This document shows, piece after piece, positions 25,583 through 35,818 of a stretch of 64,000 nt of DNA. The stretch spans positions 480,001 through 544,000 of the forward strand of contig CBDBCZ010000019.1 in the NCBI GenBank assembly GCA_965203295.1. Direction: 5' to 3'. The position numbers and the translations under genes were made by a program. Source of the stretch: Nitrospirales bacterium. Lineage in GTDB: Bacteria > Nitrospirota > Nitrospiria > Nitrospirales > UBA8639. Below the pieces are notes generated by a model. That model did not search any database and had not been told where the DNA came from. It was given only the letters and a program-made list of their open reading frames with translations. Positions within the stretch are counted from its first letter, which is position 1; each line of letters opens with the position of its first letter.

Positions 25583-27073
25583 TTGCTCATGTTAGAAGTC
25601 AGAGAGCCCGCGAAATGCGACTGGAATTCTGAGACTCAGAATTCTTTAAGTGATCCCATAGGACGAATATTTATAGACGTCACAGTCACAGCTATACATG
25701 TAGGAAACAGTGGGATACAGCGGGTTGTCAGAAATACTGTTCGTCACTATCAGGGAGTCTCTGAAAAATACAAGATTGAATGTAAAACTGTAATTTGGAA
25801 GGGCAATGGTTTTGTTGCTGTGCAGAAGATACAGTTCAGGAAATCATCTGAAGATCCAAATACTCCAAAGAGTTTCAGCTTTATTCGCGCTACCCTGGAA
25901 TTATTCGACCCGTTGGTCAGAGTCGCGAGGCTTGGACTTAGAGCACTTGACAGATTGCAGTGTACGCTTGAAAAGCGTATGGAGAGGAAACGTGACACGC
26001 TTACGATGATCATGCACCGTTGTCTGAAGGTATTCAGTTCCTCACTACGAAGGTCCAAGTTGATTCTGAAAAATTACATTCTTTATCCGAAGCTGTTTCT
26101 TCAAAAGAGCCTGAAAATGCAAACGGGCGATCTCCTTCTTCTGCTTGATTCTTCGTGGGACGTGCCTTTTTGGCGTGATGTCGGTAAGGCCAAAGCTAAC
26201 GGTGCCAAGATCGCATTTGTTTTATATGACCTTATACCGATTAATGCACCGCGATTTTGTGTTCCTGAGTATGTTCGTTGTTTTTCAGAATGGCTGACAA
26301 AGGTAATCGAAGTGGCTGACTACTGCGTTGCAATCTCAGAGTCAGCGAAAGAGGAGTTTAGACAATACCTAGAACGCCATGCCTCCACGTATCGTAGAGG
26401 CGATCCTCTAAAGTTGGGATCTTTCCGGTTAGGTGCAGACTTAGATCTCAACACGGAGAATGAAGGTATACGAAACAATGTGAGAGATATCTTGGACAGC
26501 TTTGAGCGGTGCAGGCCGTACGTCGTGGTCTCTACAATTGAACCTCGGAAGAATCATGGGTATCTCTTGGACGCGTTTGAACTGGTGTGGTCTGCAGGAA
26601 TAGAGGCCAAACTTTATGTTATCGGAAAAATTGGATGGCTTTGCGATGAAATTGTAGAACGGATACAGGCACACCCACTCTGGCAGAAGTCGCTCTTCAT
26701 GCTCAATGACGTGAACGACAGTGAGTTGCAGTTTGTCTATCGTCATGCCAAGGCGTTGATTTGTCCATCAGTGTACGAAGGGTTTGGACTACCCATTGTC
26801 GAAGCCCTGAACCAGAAACTGCTTGTTTTGGCTAGCGATATCCCAGTTCACAGAGAAGTCGGACGAAACTGTTGCCTTTATTTTAGCCTCGAATCTCCTG
26901 AAAATTTAGCTAAACTGGTTATAGATTTAGAGTCTCAAGGCCAACTTCCCTCGCACGCCTCCTCCGATGATTTCCATTGTTTGACGTGGGAGCAGAGCTG
27001 CGCAGAGCTCTTCGAGAAAATCATCGTTCTGACGAATGATGAACGCGAAACAGTCACTGGCCTAAGAAAATGA
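25583..27073 (+). CDS. GT4 glycosyltransferase (mannosyl/rhamnosyltransferase-like)
   Basis: SGIQRVVR, YDLIP, STIEPRKNH, EGFGLPIVEA. The upstream ATG at 25557 is out of frame by 1 nt compared with the paralog, so the start may be ATG 25589. Confidence 0.88.
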   Translation: MLMLEVREPAKCDWNSETQNSLSDPIGRIFIDVTVTAIHVGNSGIQRVVRNTVRHYQGVSEKYKIECKTVIWKGNGFVAVQKIQFRKSSEDPNTPKSFSFIRATLELFDPLVRVARLGLRALDRLQCTLEKRMERKRDTLTMIMHRCLKVFSSSLRRSKLILKNYILYPKLFLQKSLKMQTGDLLLLLDSSWDVPFWRDVGKAKANGAKIAFVLYDLIPINAPRFCVPEYVRCFSEWLTKVIEVADYCVAISESAKEEFRQYLERHASTYRRGDPLKLGSFRLGADLDLNTENEGIRNNVRDILDSFERCRPYVVVSTIEPRKNHGYLLDAFELVWSAGIEAKLYVIGKIGWLCDEIVERIQAHPLWQKSLFMLNDVNDSELQFVYRHAKALICPSVYEGFGLPIVEALNQKLLVLASDIPVHREVGRNCCLYFSLESPENLAKLVIDLESQGQLPSHASSDDFHCLTWEQSCAELFEKIIVLTNDERETVTGLRK

Positions 27074-27240
27074 GGAAAGATTCGTCGCCGTGATAGATCT
27101 TTGATGCCCCGAGTTCTCAAATCCCCCAGTTTCCCCACTTCTTCCTCCTTCTTTACTGCCGATCTGCCGACGATAGCGAAAGATCATTTGTCACAATCGT
27201 CACTCTGTTTTCTATTGCTGATCCCCAATCCCTCAAGATC

Positions 27241-27440
27241 TTGGAACGGTATCTGCATAAGGATTCCAGAATTCTGGTGATTGATCGTAGTTCCAATCGA
27301 GGTCTGAACGCTGCGAGGAATGGCGATTATGAAGTAGCCAGTACGTCGTTGCTAAGAGATCCTTGCCATCGCCAAAGGATGGGAAAGACCGCAAAGAGGC
27401 GTGTCGAACTTGCTTTTGATTAGAAGACATCATTGAACGT
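27241..27440 (+). pseudogene. Chimeric glycosyltransferase relic
   Basis: GT2-like DSRILVIDRSSNRGLNAARN is joined directly to a GT4-like C-terminus LLRDPCHRQRMGKTAKRRVELAFD. Confidence 0.45.
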
Positions 27441-27724
27441 AAGATTGGTTTTCTGAGGGTAGCAGATATACATGATTAGCTTGCGGCGTTCCCTGAACGG
27501 GAGCGATGTCTGGAAATCTTCTGAACATTTGTTCGCGATACAGATCCACACGCTTGTTCACGCGAAATGGACTGTCTCGCCTCTGATTGAGAAACATATG
27601 ATTCGAACGAGTTTCATTGTCCTTCTGACCCATGTCTAGGTATTCTCTGTAAGGACAATCCGATAGACTGGGACCATTTGAGGAAGGAAGATTTTGCTTC
27701 TGAAGAAGTCGAGAGTGACAGAGT

Positions 27725-28310
27725 GGGTAGCTTCACTTTTTTCATGCCACAGGCCGGGTGAGTTTCTGACATAATGCCTTGGCAAGGGAAAGAGGACATG
27801 CCATGAAATGGAAACGGTTTTCCGTGGAGCAAATCGTGGCCGTACTGAAACAAGAGGAGCTTGGGACGCCGGTGACCGACTTGATCCGCAAGGTCGGCGT
27901 GGCGGAATAGCCCTTTTATCGATGGAAGAAACCATTAAGGGGTTGGAGTCTGATCAAGTGAGGGAACTGAAACAACTCCAAGAGGAAAACACACAGCTGA
28001 AACGCGTGGTGGCTGACCTCACCATAAAGAGACGCTCCAGGATATGCTCGCAAAAAAGTTCTGAAGCCCTCGCGAAAACGTCCGACGGTTACATCCCTCT
28101 GTCATAGCTATCGAGTCAGTTAATGCCGGACGTGTCGGACGATCCAGTTGCCCGAGCGACGTATCAGTATCGGAGTCGATGGGATCCACGTACGGCCCTG
28201 CGCCAACGCATGCGGGAGCTCACTCAGAACAAGGTGCGCTATGGCTATCGCACGATGACGGTCTTACTCAATCGCGAAGGCTGGGGTGTCGGGAAAAAAT
28301 TGATTTACCG
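27725..28310 (+). mobile_element. IS3 family relic (orfA and start of orfB; ends approximate)
   Basis: MKWKRFSVEQIVAVLKQ, ELKQLQEENTQLKRVVADL, RYGYR...LNREGW. Contains stops and frameshifts, and the integrase core is missing. Confidence 0.8.
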
Positions 28311-28311
28311 C

Positions 28312-28374
28312 AATACTGCGAACCAAGCGATAATTCACTCCATAACGATTAAGGAAATCGGTTGTCATAGATAA
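28312..28374 (+). pseudogene. 3' tip of a third copy of the GT-C-like gene
   Basis: NTANQAIIHSITIKEI matches the C-termini DTTNQVMIHSITIKKI (~48278-48325) and STSNHVAIHSIIIKKI (~35825-35872). Confidence 0.65.
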
Positions 28375-28510
28375 GCCTAAAGGGTGCACCATTTTGTCAA
28401 GGTCTGAAGTTATTGTTTTAGTGAACTACAGTTGAACCAAAACTCACATTAACTTACATTACAGACTCATCGGAGCATCATAGATGATTCATTCATCTAC
28501 ATCAGCTCCT
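28373..28510 (+). repeat. Diverged ~130-bp non-coding direct repeat, copy 1
   Basis: Shares TAAGCCTAAAG, CACCATTT, TCAAGGTCTG, AAACTCACATT and ACAGACTCATCGGA..TAGATGATTCA with 31738-31868. Confidence 0.75.
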
Positions 28511-28608
28511 TGAATTACTCAAAAGTTATTTTGGACAAGGGTGAGATAGGATAGAGAATTCAGTAAACTGTCATGCCGCAAGCGGCAGGGTATTTGGCAG
28601 GAGGCTTC

Positions 28609-30454
28609 ATGAAGAAGATAAAAGACATTTGCCTGAGGTTTCTCAAAAAGGATGTTCAACCCCAAGCTCGTACAGCCCTGTCAGGAGATGAATCTCCAAT
28701 GCAGATTGAGGTAGTCACTGACTTGCAGCTGTTCTTTCATATAAGGCAGGTTTGGGAGCATCTTGGTGAAACTGAACCATATTGGTCTGTGGTGACACAT
28801 GAGAAATTCAAACGTTTTAATATTCAAGAAACTCGAACTGCGTTTTATCAAACTGACCCAAAACCCAAAAACTGGGCCATCAGAAAGTTGAGAACCGGCG
28901 TGCCGGCGTGGTCTCCTAGGACAACACAAGGAGGACACGAGCATGGGCAAGAAACGGTTTACGGACGAGCAGATTGTCTACGCCTTACGCCAAGCCGAGG
29001 GTGGCGAAAAGGTGGGGGAAATTTGCCGGCAGCTGGGCATCAGTGAGCAGACATATTACACCTGGAAGCGCAAGTATGCGGGGTTGGGACTCAGCGAACT
29101 GCGCGAATTGCGACAATTGCGACAATTGCGCGAGGAGAATACTAAGCTGAAACGGCTGGTCGCCGATCTGTCCTTGGATCGGCATATGTTGCAGGAGATT
29201 GTGCGAAAAAAGCTGCAAAGCCTCGACACCGGTGCGAGTTGGCCCGCTGGGCTCAAACCGTCTATGCGATCAGCGAACGCCGAGCGTCGAGACTGATTCC
29301 AATCCCCAGAGCGTCCTTGCAATATCACAGTCGGCGCGATCCACAAGACGGGTTACGGATGCGTCTCCGAGAACTGGCGGCCAGTCGCGTCCGGTTCGGG
29401 TATCGCCGGTTAACCGTGATGCTGAGACGAGAAGGGTAGAGAGTGAATGCCAAGCGAATTTATCGGCTCTATACGCAGGAGGGGTTAACCGTGCGGACCA
29501 AGACCCGGATCAAGCGAGCCAGCCGATCACGCGGCAAACAAGAGCCGGCAACGGCGCCGAATGAGCGATGGAGCATGGACTTCGTCAGTGAGCGACTGGC
29601 GGATGGCCGATGGTTTCGCGTACTGACGGTCATCGACCAATATACCCGCGAGTGCTTGTTGCTGTTGGCTGACCGGTCCTTGACGGGCGAGAAAGTCGCA
29701 GCAGGCTTAGACGGCGTGGTTCGTCAACGGCAAGTCCCGAAGTCGATTACGGTCGACAATGGGAGCGAATTTGTGAGTCGAGCGATGGAGGCCTGGGCTT
29801 ATCAACATGACAGCCAGTTAGATTTCATTCGGCCGGGAAAGCCCGTGGGAAACGGGTTCATTGAGAGCTTCAATGGACGCTTGCGCGATGAGTGTTTGAA
29901 CGTGGAGGTCTTTTTCACGCTCGACGATGTGCAGGAGAAATTGGAAGCATGATTATAACCTGGAAAGACCGCATAGTGTGCTCAAGGATCAAGCCACAGC
30001 CGTCTTTGCGGCGAGCTGGGGAACAGCGAATAGGACGCAAGAAGACACAACCAAATTGCTAGAGAGAGTCACTTGAGCTATGTTAGTTCGAGATGGCTAG
30101 GAAAACAGGACACTTCGACCATGCCAACGTCGAAATTTTCAAGGGCTGAACGGCCTGGTGGCACGGGGCGGGTCAGTCTGATTACTCAGAGCAATGATTA
30201 TGGCCTTGAATACTGGCGGCATCGCTTTTTTTCAAGTACCCACATATCGAGAAGGATATACCTTTCTATTGAAGGAGTATCTGAACGGCGAAGCAACTTG
30301 GAGCGCGATGGAAATGCATGTGTTGCCGCAGGTCACGATACTTGAGATTATAAGAGAGGAAGGTGATAGAGTGATTGAAATTCTTGAGGATGGATGGACT
30401 GGATGGAGACAGAGAGAAAGATCAAATACCTTTGTCATACAAAAAATGTCGTAA
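28609..30454 (+). pseudogene. Class I methyltransferase split by IS3, with its middle deleted
   Basis: N-part WEHLGETEPYWSVVT (28609-28853) and C-part GGIAFFQVPT...MEMHVLPQ (30176-30454). No SAM-binding motif I remains in either part. Confidence 0.7.
28854..30175 (+). mobile_element. IS3 family element with a degenerate orfB
   Basis: Ends TGACCC...GGGTCA. orfA MGKKRFTDEQI with an A7 slippery site. orfB WSMDF, DNGSEF, IESFNGRLRDECLN, with an internal TAG at 29437-29439. No target duplication. Confidence 0.92.
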
Positions 30455-30492
30455 GTCGCCCAGCTCTTATTGCAGCCGACCACCTTCTAGGG

Positions 30493-31722
30493 ATGAGAGT
30501 CGCGATATTGCATGATGATTTCTCCATTTGGGGCGGAGGAGAAAAACTAATAGGTCTTCTAGCAAGTGGTTTGCAAAATAGAGGGTGTGAAGTTGACATA
30601 TATACTTAGGACCTATCAAATGAAACCAAGAGAATTATACCACGTAATATTTGCATCCATACACTCAAGGATCCATCAATCACTAACAATGAACCTGCTA
30701 TCCAACGATATTTGTTTGCAACATCAACATTAATCAAGCATTATAATGTTTATTTATTCTCTGGCCATTCCTCCCTTTGTGCTGCAAAGCATTTCAACCC
30801 AAACATACTCTACTGCCATAACATTCCAAAATCAGAATCAATCGTCGGAAGGCTCAACAAAGACGATGTCCAGAGTCATGTGAGAGCATTCAACAATTCT
30901 TGGTTTGAGCGTTTTTGGGAAAAAGCATACAGTCTCAAATACAAAATAATAAAAACAAAAGTTATTGCACAGAAGATCGATGCAATCAGATTCTTATCAG
31001 TAAATGGATCACTCATCAGGAATTTTAGATATCTCAATTATAAATTCACCTATAAACATAACTATGCACATATCAATATGATTCTAACCAATAGTCAGAA
31101 CACCAAGGATAAGATCAAGAAAACCTACAACCTCGATTCACACGTTGTCTATCCACCAATTGATACGTCTCAATTCCAAAACAAAGAAGCAAAGAACTAT
31201 TGGGTATCGATAAATCGGATCACTCCATTAAAGAGAATTGAATTACAACTCAGAGCCTTTGCAAGTCTACCTACAGAAAATCTCAAGATCATTGGCCACA
31301 TTCAAAACAGAACCTACTTTGATGAACTTAAAACCATCTGTTCACCTAATGTAGAATTTTTAGGAATAATTGAGGAACAAGTTATGATAAACCTACTTGC
31401 CGAAAGTAAAGGCCTTCTCTTTACAGCCCAAGACGAAGATTTTGGCATGTCTCCAGTCGAAGCCATGGCTGCAGGAAAACCTGTCATCGCTCCAAATGAA
31501 GGAGGCTGCAAAGAGACCATTATCGACAAAGAGACAGGGATATTGCTCGATGATATTGATTCAGATAAGATTGTTCGAGTAATCAAGAAGCTATCTCAAC
31601 GATTAGACATCGATCCAGGCATCTTTGTAACGACATGTCAAGAACAAGCAAGAAGATTTGATATCAAGATATTCATCGATCAGGTTGAACACCACATCAA
31701 ACAGATGGTATCAAAAAAATGA
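30493..31722 (+). pseudogene. GT4 glycosyltransferase, AT-rich, with an in-frame TAG at 30607-30609
   Basis: MRVAILHDDFSIWGGGEK start is in frame with the 30712 ORF. EDFGMSPVEAMAAGKPV motif. Confidence 0.85.
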
Positions 31723-31737
31723 ATGGGCTTTCGTAGG

Positions 31738-31868
31738 TAAGCCTAAAGATTCCACCATTTCCTTTTCTCAAGGTCTGCGGTTGTTTGGGGGACCTATGGT
31801 TGCACCGAAACTCACATTACAGACTCATCGGACTATCGTAGATGATTCACTAAACTACGACAGCCCCT
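31738..31868 (+). repeat. Diverged ~130-bp non-coding direct repeat, copy 2
   Basis: Colinear blocks shared with 28373-28510. Confidence 0.75.
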
Positions 31869-31939
31869 AAAAGAATTAGTTAAGCCTAGAAGAACCATAG
31901 TAATATTCTGAATCCAATGTTTTTCGTCTTATCAATACT

Positions 31940-32511
31940 TTGACCCGCCCCGAAAAAAACGCTGCGGTACCGCGAGCGTGACGAGCTCGCACGCAGCCGG
32001 TTTCAAGACGAACTGCAGGCCCTCGAGCCTGAAAGCCTTGTCTACCTTGATGAAAGTGGCGTCGATGCAACCCTCCATCGGCCGTATGGCCGCACTCCCC
32101 GGGGCACCAAAGTCATGGGAGAAGTCTCGGGCACTCGAGTCCACTGCCTCAGTCTCATTGCTGCGCTCAATGGCTCCCATCTCCTGGCCCCAATGCGGTT
32201 TGAAGGCTATTGTGATACGTATGTCTTCAATACCTGGCTGGAACAGGTGTTACTCCCCGCACTTAAACCGGGACAGACGGTCATCATGGATAATGCCTCG
32301 TTCCATAAATCGTCAGATACGCAGCGCCTCATCACAAGTAAAGGCTGTACATTCAAATTTCTGCCGACCTATTCTCCAGACCTCAACCCTATCGAACACC
32401 ACTGGGCTATCCTCAAAGCGAGACTGAGAAAGCTGATGACTCCCCACTTATCGCTCGCTAAGGCCCTGGATCAAACATTGATGGCCTACCAATAAAAAGT
32501 TAATCCACTAT
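31940..32511 (+). mobile_element. 5'-truncated IS630 family relic
   Basis: KTLRYRERD, YLDESG, IMDNASFH, LPTYSPDLNPIE. Right end GTTAATCCACTATA. No left end found. Confidence 0.85.
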
Positions 32512-32551
32512 AGGCCCTTCAAATATGTGGACTAATAACTGGGAACAGATA

Positions 32552-34082
32552 ATGAAGAAACGGATTATGGATCGGCGTTCGCTTGTGCCAGAAAGCAGAG
32601 AATACAATAAGAGCGATCATGATTCTGGGTTTCAGAATTCTTTACATGGTACCGTGGGGCGAGTGTTCATAGAGGTCACATGCACTGCTATATACGGAGG
32701 AAACAGTGGGATACAGCATGTTGTAAGAAATATCGTTCATCACCATCAAACAGTGTCCGAAAAATACAAGATTGAGTGCAAACCAGTAATTTGGACAGGC
32801 AATGGTTTTGCCGCTGTGCAGAAGATACGGTTCAGAAAGTCATCTGAAGTTCCAAATACCACAAAGAATTTCAGCTCTATTCGCGCTATCTGGGGAATAT
32901 TCAAACCCTTGGTCAAAGTCGCGAGGCTTGGGGTTAGAGCATTTGACAAGCTGCTCATCACTCTTGAAAAGCGTATGGAGAGCAAGTGTGACAGGCTTAC
33001 GATGATAACGCATCGTTGCATGAAGGTATTCAGGTGCTCGCTACGCAGGTACAAGTTGATTCTGAAATACTACGTTCTTTATCCAGAGCTGCTTCTTCAG
33101 AGAAGCGTCCACATGCAGACAGGCGATCTCCTTCTTCTGCCCGATGCCTCATGGCACGTGCCCTTTTGGCGTGAGATTAGGTAAGGCCAAAGATAATGGA
33201 GCCAAGATGGCATTTGTTTTACATGACCTTATACCGATTAATGCACCGCAATTCTGTGATCCTGAGCATGTTCGTTGTTTTTCAGAATGGCTTACAAGCG
33301 TAATCGAAGTCGCTGACTACTGCGTCGCAAACTCAAACTCAACGAAAGAGGAGTTTCGCCAATACCTAGGACGTCATACCACCACATATCATAGAGGCTA
33401 TCCTCTTAAGTTGGCATCTTTCCAGTTAGGCGCAGAGTTAGATCTCAGCACGGAGAAAGAAGACATAAGAGACAATGTGAGAGATGTCTTTGACAGCTTT
33501 GGGAGAATTAGACCGTACGTCGTGGTTTTTACAATTGAACCTCGAAAGAATCATAGGTATCTCTTGGACGCATTTGATCTGGTGTGGTCTACAGGAATAG
33601 AGGCCAACCTGTGCATTATCGGCAAAATTTGATGGCTTTGCGAGGGAATTGTAGGACGAATACGTATACACCCACTGTGGCAGAAATCGCTCTTCATGCT
33701 GAATGATGTCAACGGTAAAGAGTTGCAGTTTATTTATAGTCATGCAAAAATATTAATTTCTACGTCGATGTACGAAGTGTTTGGACTCCAGATTGTCGAG
33801 GCTCTGAACCGGAAACTACTTGTGATGGCCAGTGATATCCCAGCTCATAGAGAAGTCGGAGGAAACTATTGCCTTTATTTTGACATGGAATCTCCTGAAC
33901 GCTTAGCCAAGTTGGTTGTAGACTTAGAATCCGAAAATCGACTTCCATCGCATGCCTCCTCCGAAGACTTTCATTGGTTGACGTGGGAGGAGAGCTGCGC
34001 AGAGCTCTTCGAGAAAATCATTGATTTGACAAGCGAAGAATGTGAAGCAGTCAGTGGCTTAAGAAGATCAGGGAAAGGGTGA
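32552..34082 (+). pseudogene. GT4 paralog of 25583-27073, disrupted
   Basis: Colinear with the upstream copy. Frameshift near 33178, TGA at 33630-33632 where the paralog has GGA, and EVFGLQIVEA in place of EGFGLPIVEA. Confidence 0.92.
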
Positions 34083-34211
34083 GCATGCGAGCTCTTTATT
34101 CGTCTTACAGAGTGGGTGAATCAATACAGTGGTCTTACCAAGACTGTCGTGTGATCCAAAGGAGGTGGAAAGAGCCTCGTTAAGATTGATCTTAACGTTC
34201 GGCGCTTCGAT

Positions 34212-35351
34212 ATGATCGCGATTAATGCGGCAATACTCAATGCTGAGCCAACCGGCTTAGGCGTTTTCGTGAAAGAGATTGCTGTCCATATCAGCAAGCA
34301 GGAAAAGAATGTTGTGATTTTCACTTCCTTTCCGGACCACTTTCCTCAGCGCACCGTTTACGCTGCACCCAAATGGGTCCGTACAGAATGCAGTTCGCTT
34401 TTAGGTGGGCTGTTAAGATTTTTGTGGAATCAGATAGCTCTACCTTGGCTCCTGTGGCGAAAAAGGGCTCAAGTTCTGTTGAGTCCAAACCATGAGATAA
34501 TTTTCTTGTGTCCATGTGCTCAGGTCGCGGTGATTTATGATCTTATTCCGTTGCTCTATCCGGAGAACTATCCAAGGCTACGATATTACTTCCGTTTCCT
34601 GCTACCTTGGGCGCTGAATAGGGTTGCCCTTATTGTTGCTGGCTCTGAAAATACAAAGAGAGATCTCGTCATGCATTACGGAGTATCTCCTTCCAAGATC
34701 ATCGTTATTTATCCTGGAGTCGACAAGGCTGAATTTCACCCATTTGTTATTCGCTCCTCGTTTTCATCCCCATCTCCGTACATCCTTTATGTAGGAAGCC
34801 ACTATGGTTACAAAAATCTGGCTCGCCTGTTGGAAGCTTATTCAAGGCTTGTAGCGCAAGGCTTTCCACATATGCTCGTTATCGCAGGGAGGAAAGATCC
34901 GCGGTACTCACCTCATTTAGAAAGTACAGTACGCTCACTTGGCCTGGATTTGCATGTCAGTTTCACAGGATATATCTCACGGACGGACCTTGCCCCCCTT
35001 TATGCGCAGGCAGACCTCTTTGTGTTTCCTTCTCTCTATGAAGGTTTCGGGCTGCCGGTCATCGAAGCCATGTCGTGTGGATGTCCTGTCGTCGCTTCCA
35101 ATGTGTCATCCCTACCTGAAGTCTGTGGACTTGCAGGCAGATACTTTGATCCGACTGACGTTTCCGACATGCATAGGACCATCGCGACAGTTCTCAGCGA
35201 ATCCGAGCTTCGGTCCAAGATGGTTGAATTTGGATATGAACACGCTCAGCAGTTTAGCTGGGAGGAAACAGCAGCTCTGTACCTTAAGACGTTATCCGGT
35301 GTTTGTGCTGACTTCTATCCCACGATTCAGTCAACAGAACAGAATAGCTAG
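34212..35351 (+). CDS. GT4 glycosyltransferase (MtfB-like)
   Basis: YDLIP, SENTKRD, KNLARL, FPSLYEGFGLPVIEAM, SLPEV. Confidence 0.92.
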   Translation: MIAINAAILNAEPTGLGVFVKEIAVHISKQEKNVVIFTSFPDHFPQRTVYAAPKWVRTECSSLLGGLLRFLWNQIALPWLLWRKRAQVLLSPNHEIIFLCPCAQVAVIYDLIPLLYPENYPRLRYYFRFLLPWALNRVALIVAGSENTKRDLVMHYGVSPSKIIVIYPGVDKAEFHPFVIRSSFSSPSPYILYVGSHYGYKNLARLLEAYSRLVAQGFPHMLVIAGRKDPRYSPHLESTVRSLGLDLHVSFTGYISRTDLAPLYAQADLFVFPSLYEGFGLPVIEAMSCGCPVVASNVSSLPEVCGLAGRYFDPTDVSDMHRTIATVLSESELRSKMVEFGYEHAQQFSWEETAALYLKTLSGVCADFYPTIQSTEQNS

Positions 35352-35462
35352 AAATACTTTCTGAATCGGGCTAGTTGACAAGGGATTTCAACTAGCCGTT
35401 GGGGGTGACGCTAGGCAATTCGCGCATTTTGCCTTGCGCTCGTAGTCATAGCAGCCGATACT

Positions 35463-35815
35463 TGTATCGGCTCCCCTAAGTTGAGTCCCTCCGTAAGACA
35501 TAGTCCAATAGCGGACTAAGGAGGTGGACATGACAAACGAGACTCCCGATTCCATTCAACAGTGGACGATCAAACGCCGTGTGGGGCTGGTCGTCAACAT
35601 CCTCAAGGGTGACACCTCGATGGCCGAAGCTGCTTGCCGGCATGGGCGGACCGAGGGGGAAGTGGAAGACTGGCGGGATCGCTTTCTCCTGGGTGCCGAG
35701 AATGCCATGCTGGCGCGTCTGCAGGATGAGGAGGCGCTCAAGGAGGCAAGCTCAAACAGAAGATCGTGGATTTGGTCCTCGACAATGACATCGTACGGGA
35801 GGCGCTGAAACTGTA
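35463..35815 (+). mobile_element. IS3-like relic, orfA only (ends approximate)
   Basis: QQWTIKRRVGLVVNILKGDTSMAEA...EDWRDRFL. The upstream region is homologous to the minus-strand relic at ~46100-46240. Confidence 0.7.
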
Positions 35816-35818
35816 CCT

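Noticed and set aside
32498..32511. GTTAATCCACTATA resembles the Neisseria Correia element end
   Set aside because: It is explained as the terminal repeat of the adjacent IS630-family transposase, and there is no second end defining a MITE.
35369..35460. Hairpin GGCTAGTTGA...TCAACTAGCC and adjacent repeat-like sequence
   Set aside because: Single copy with no U tract. I cannot distinguish a terminator from a MITE remnant.
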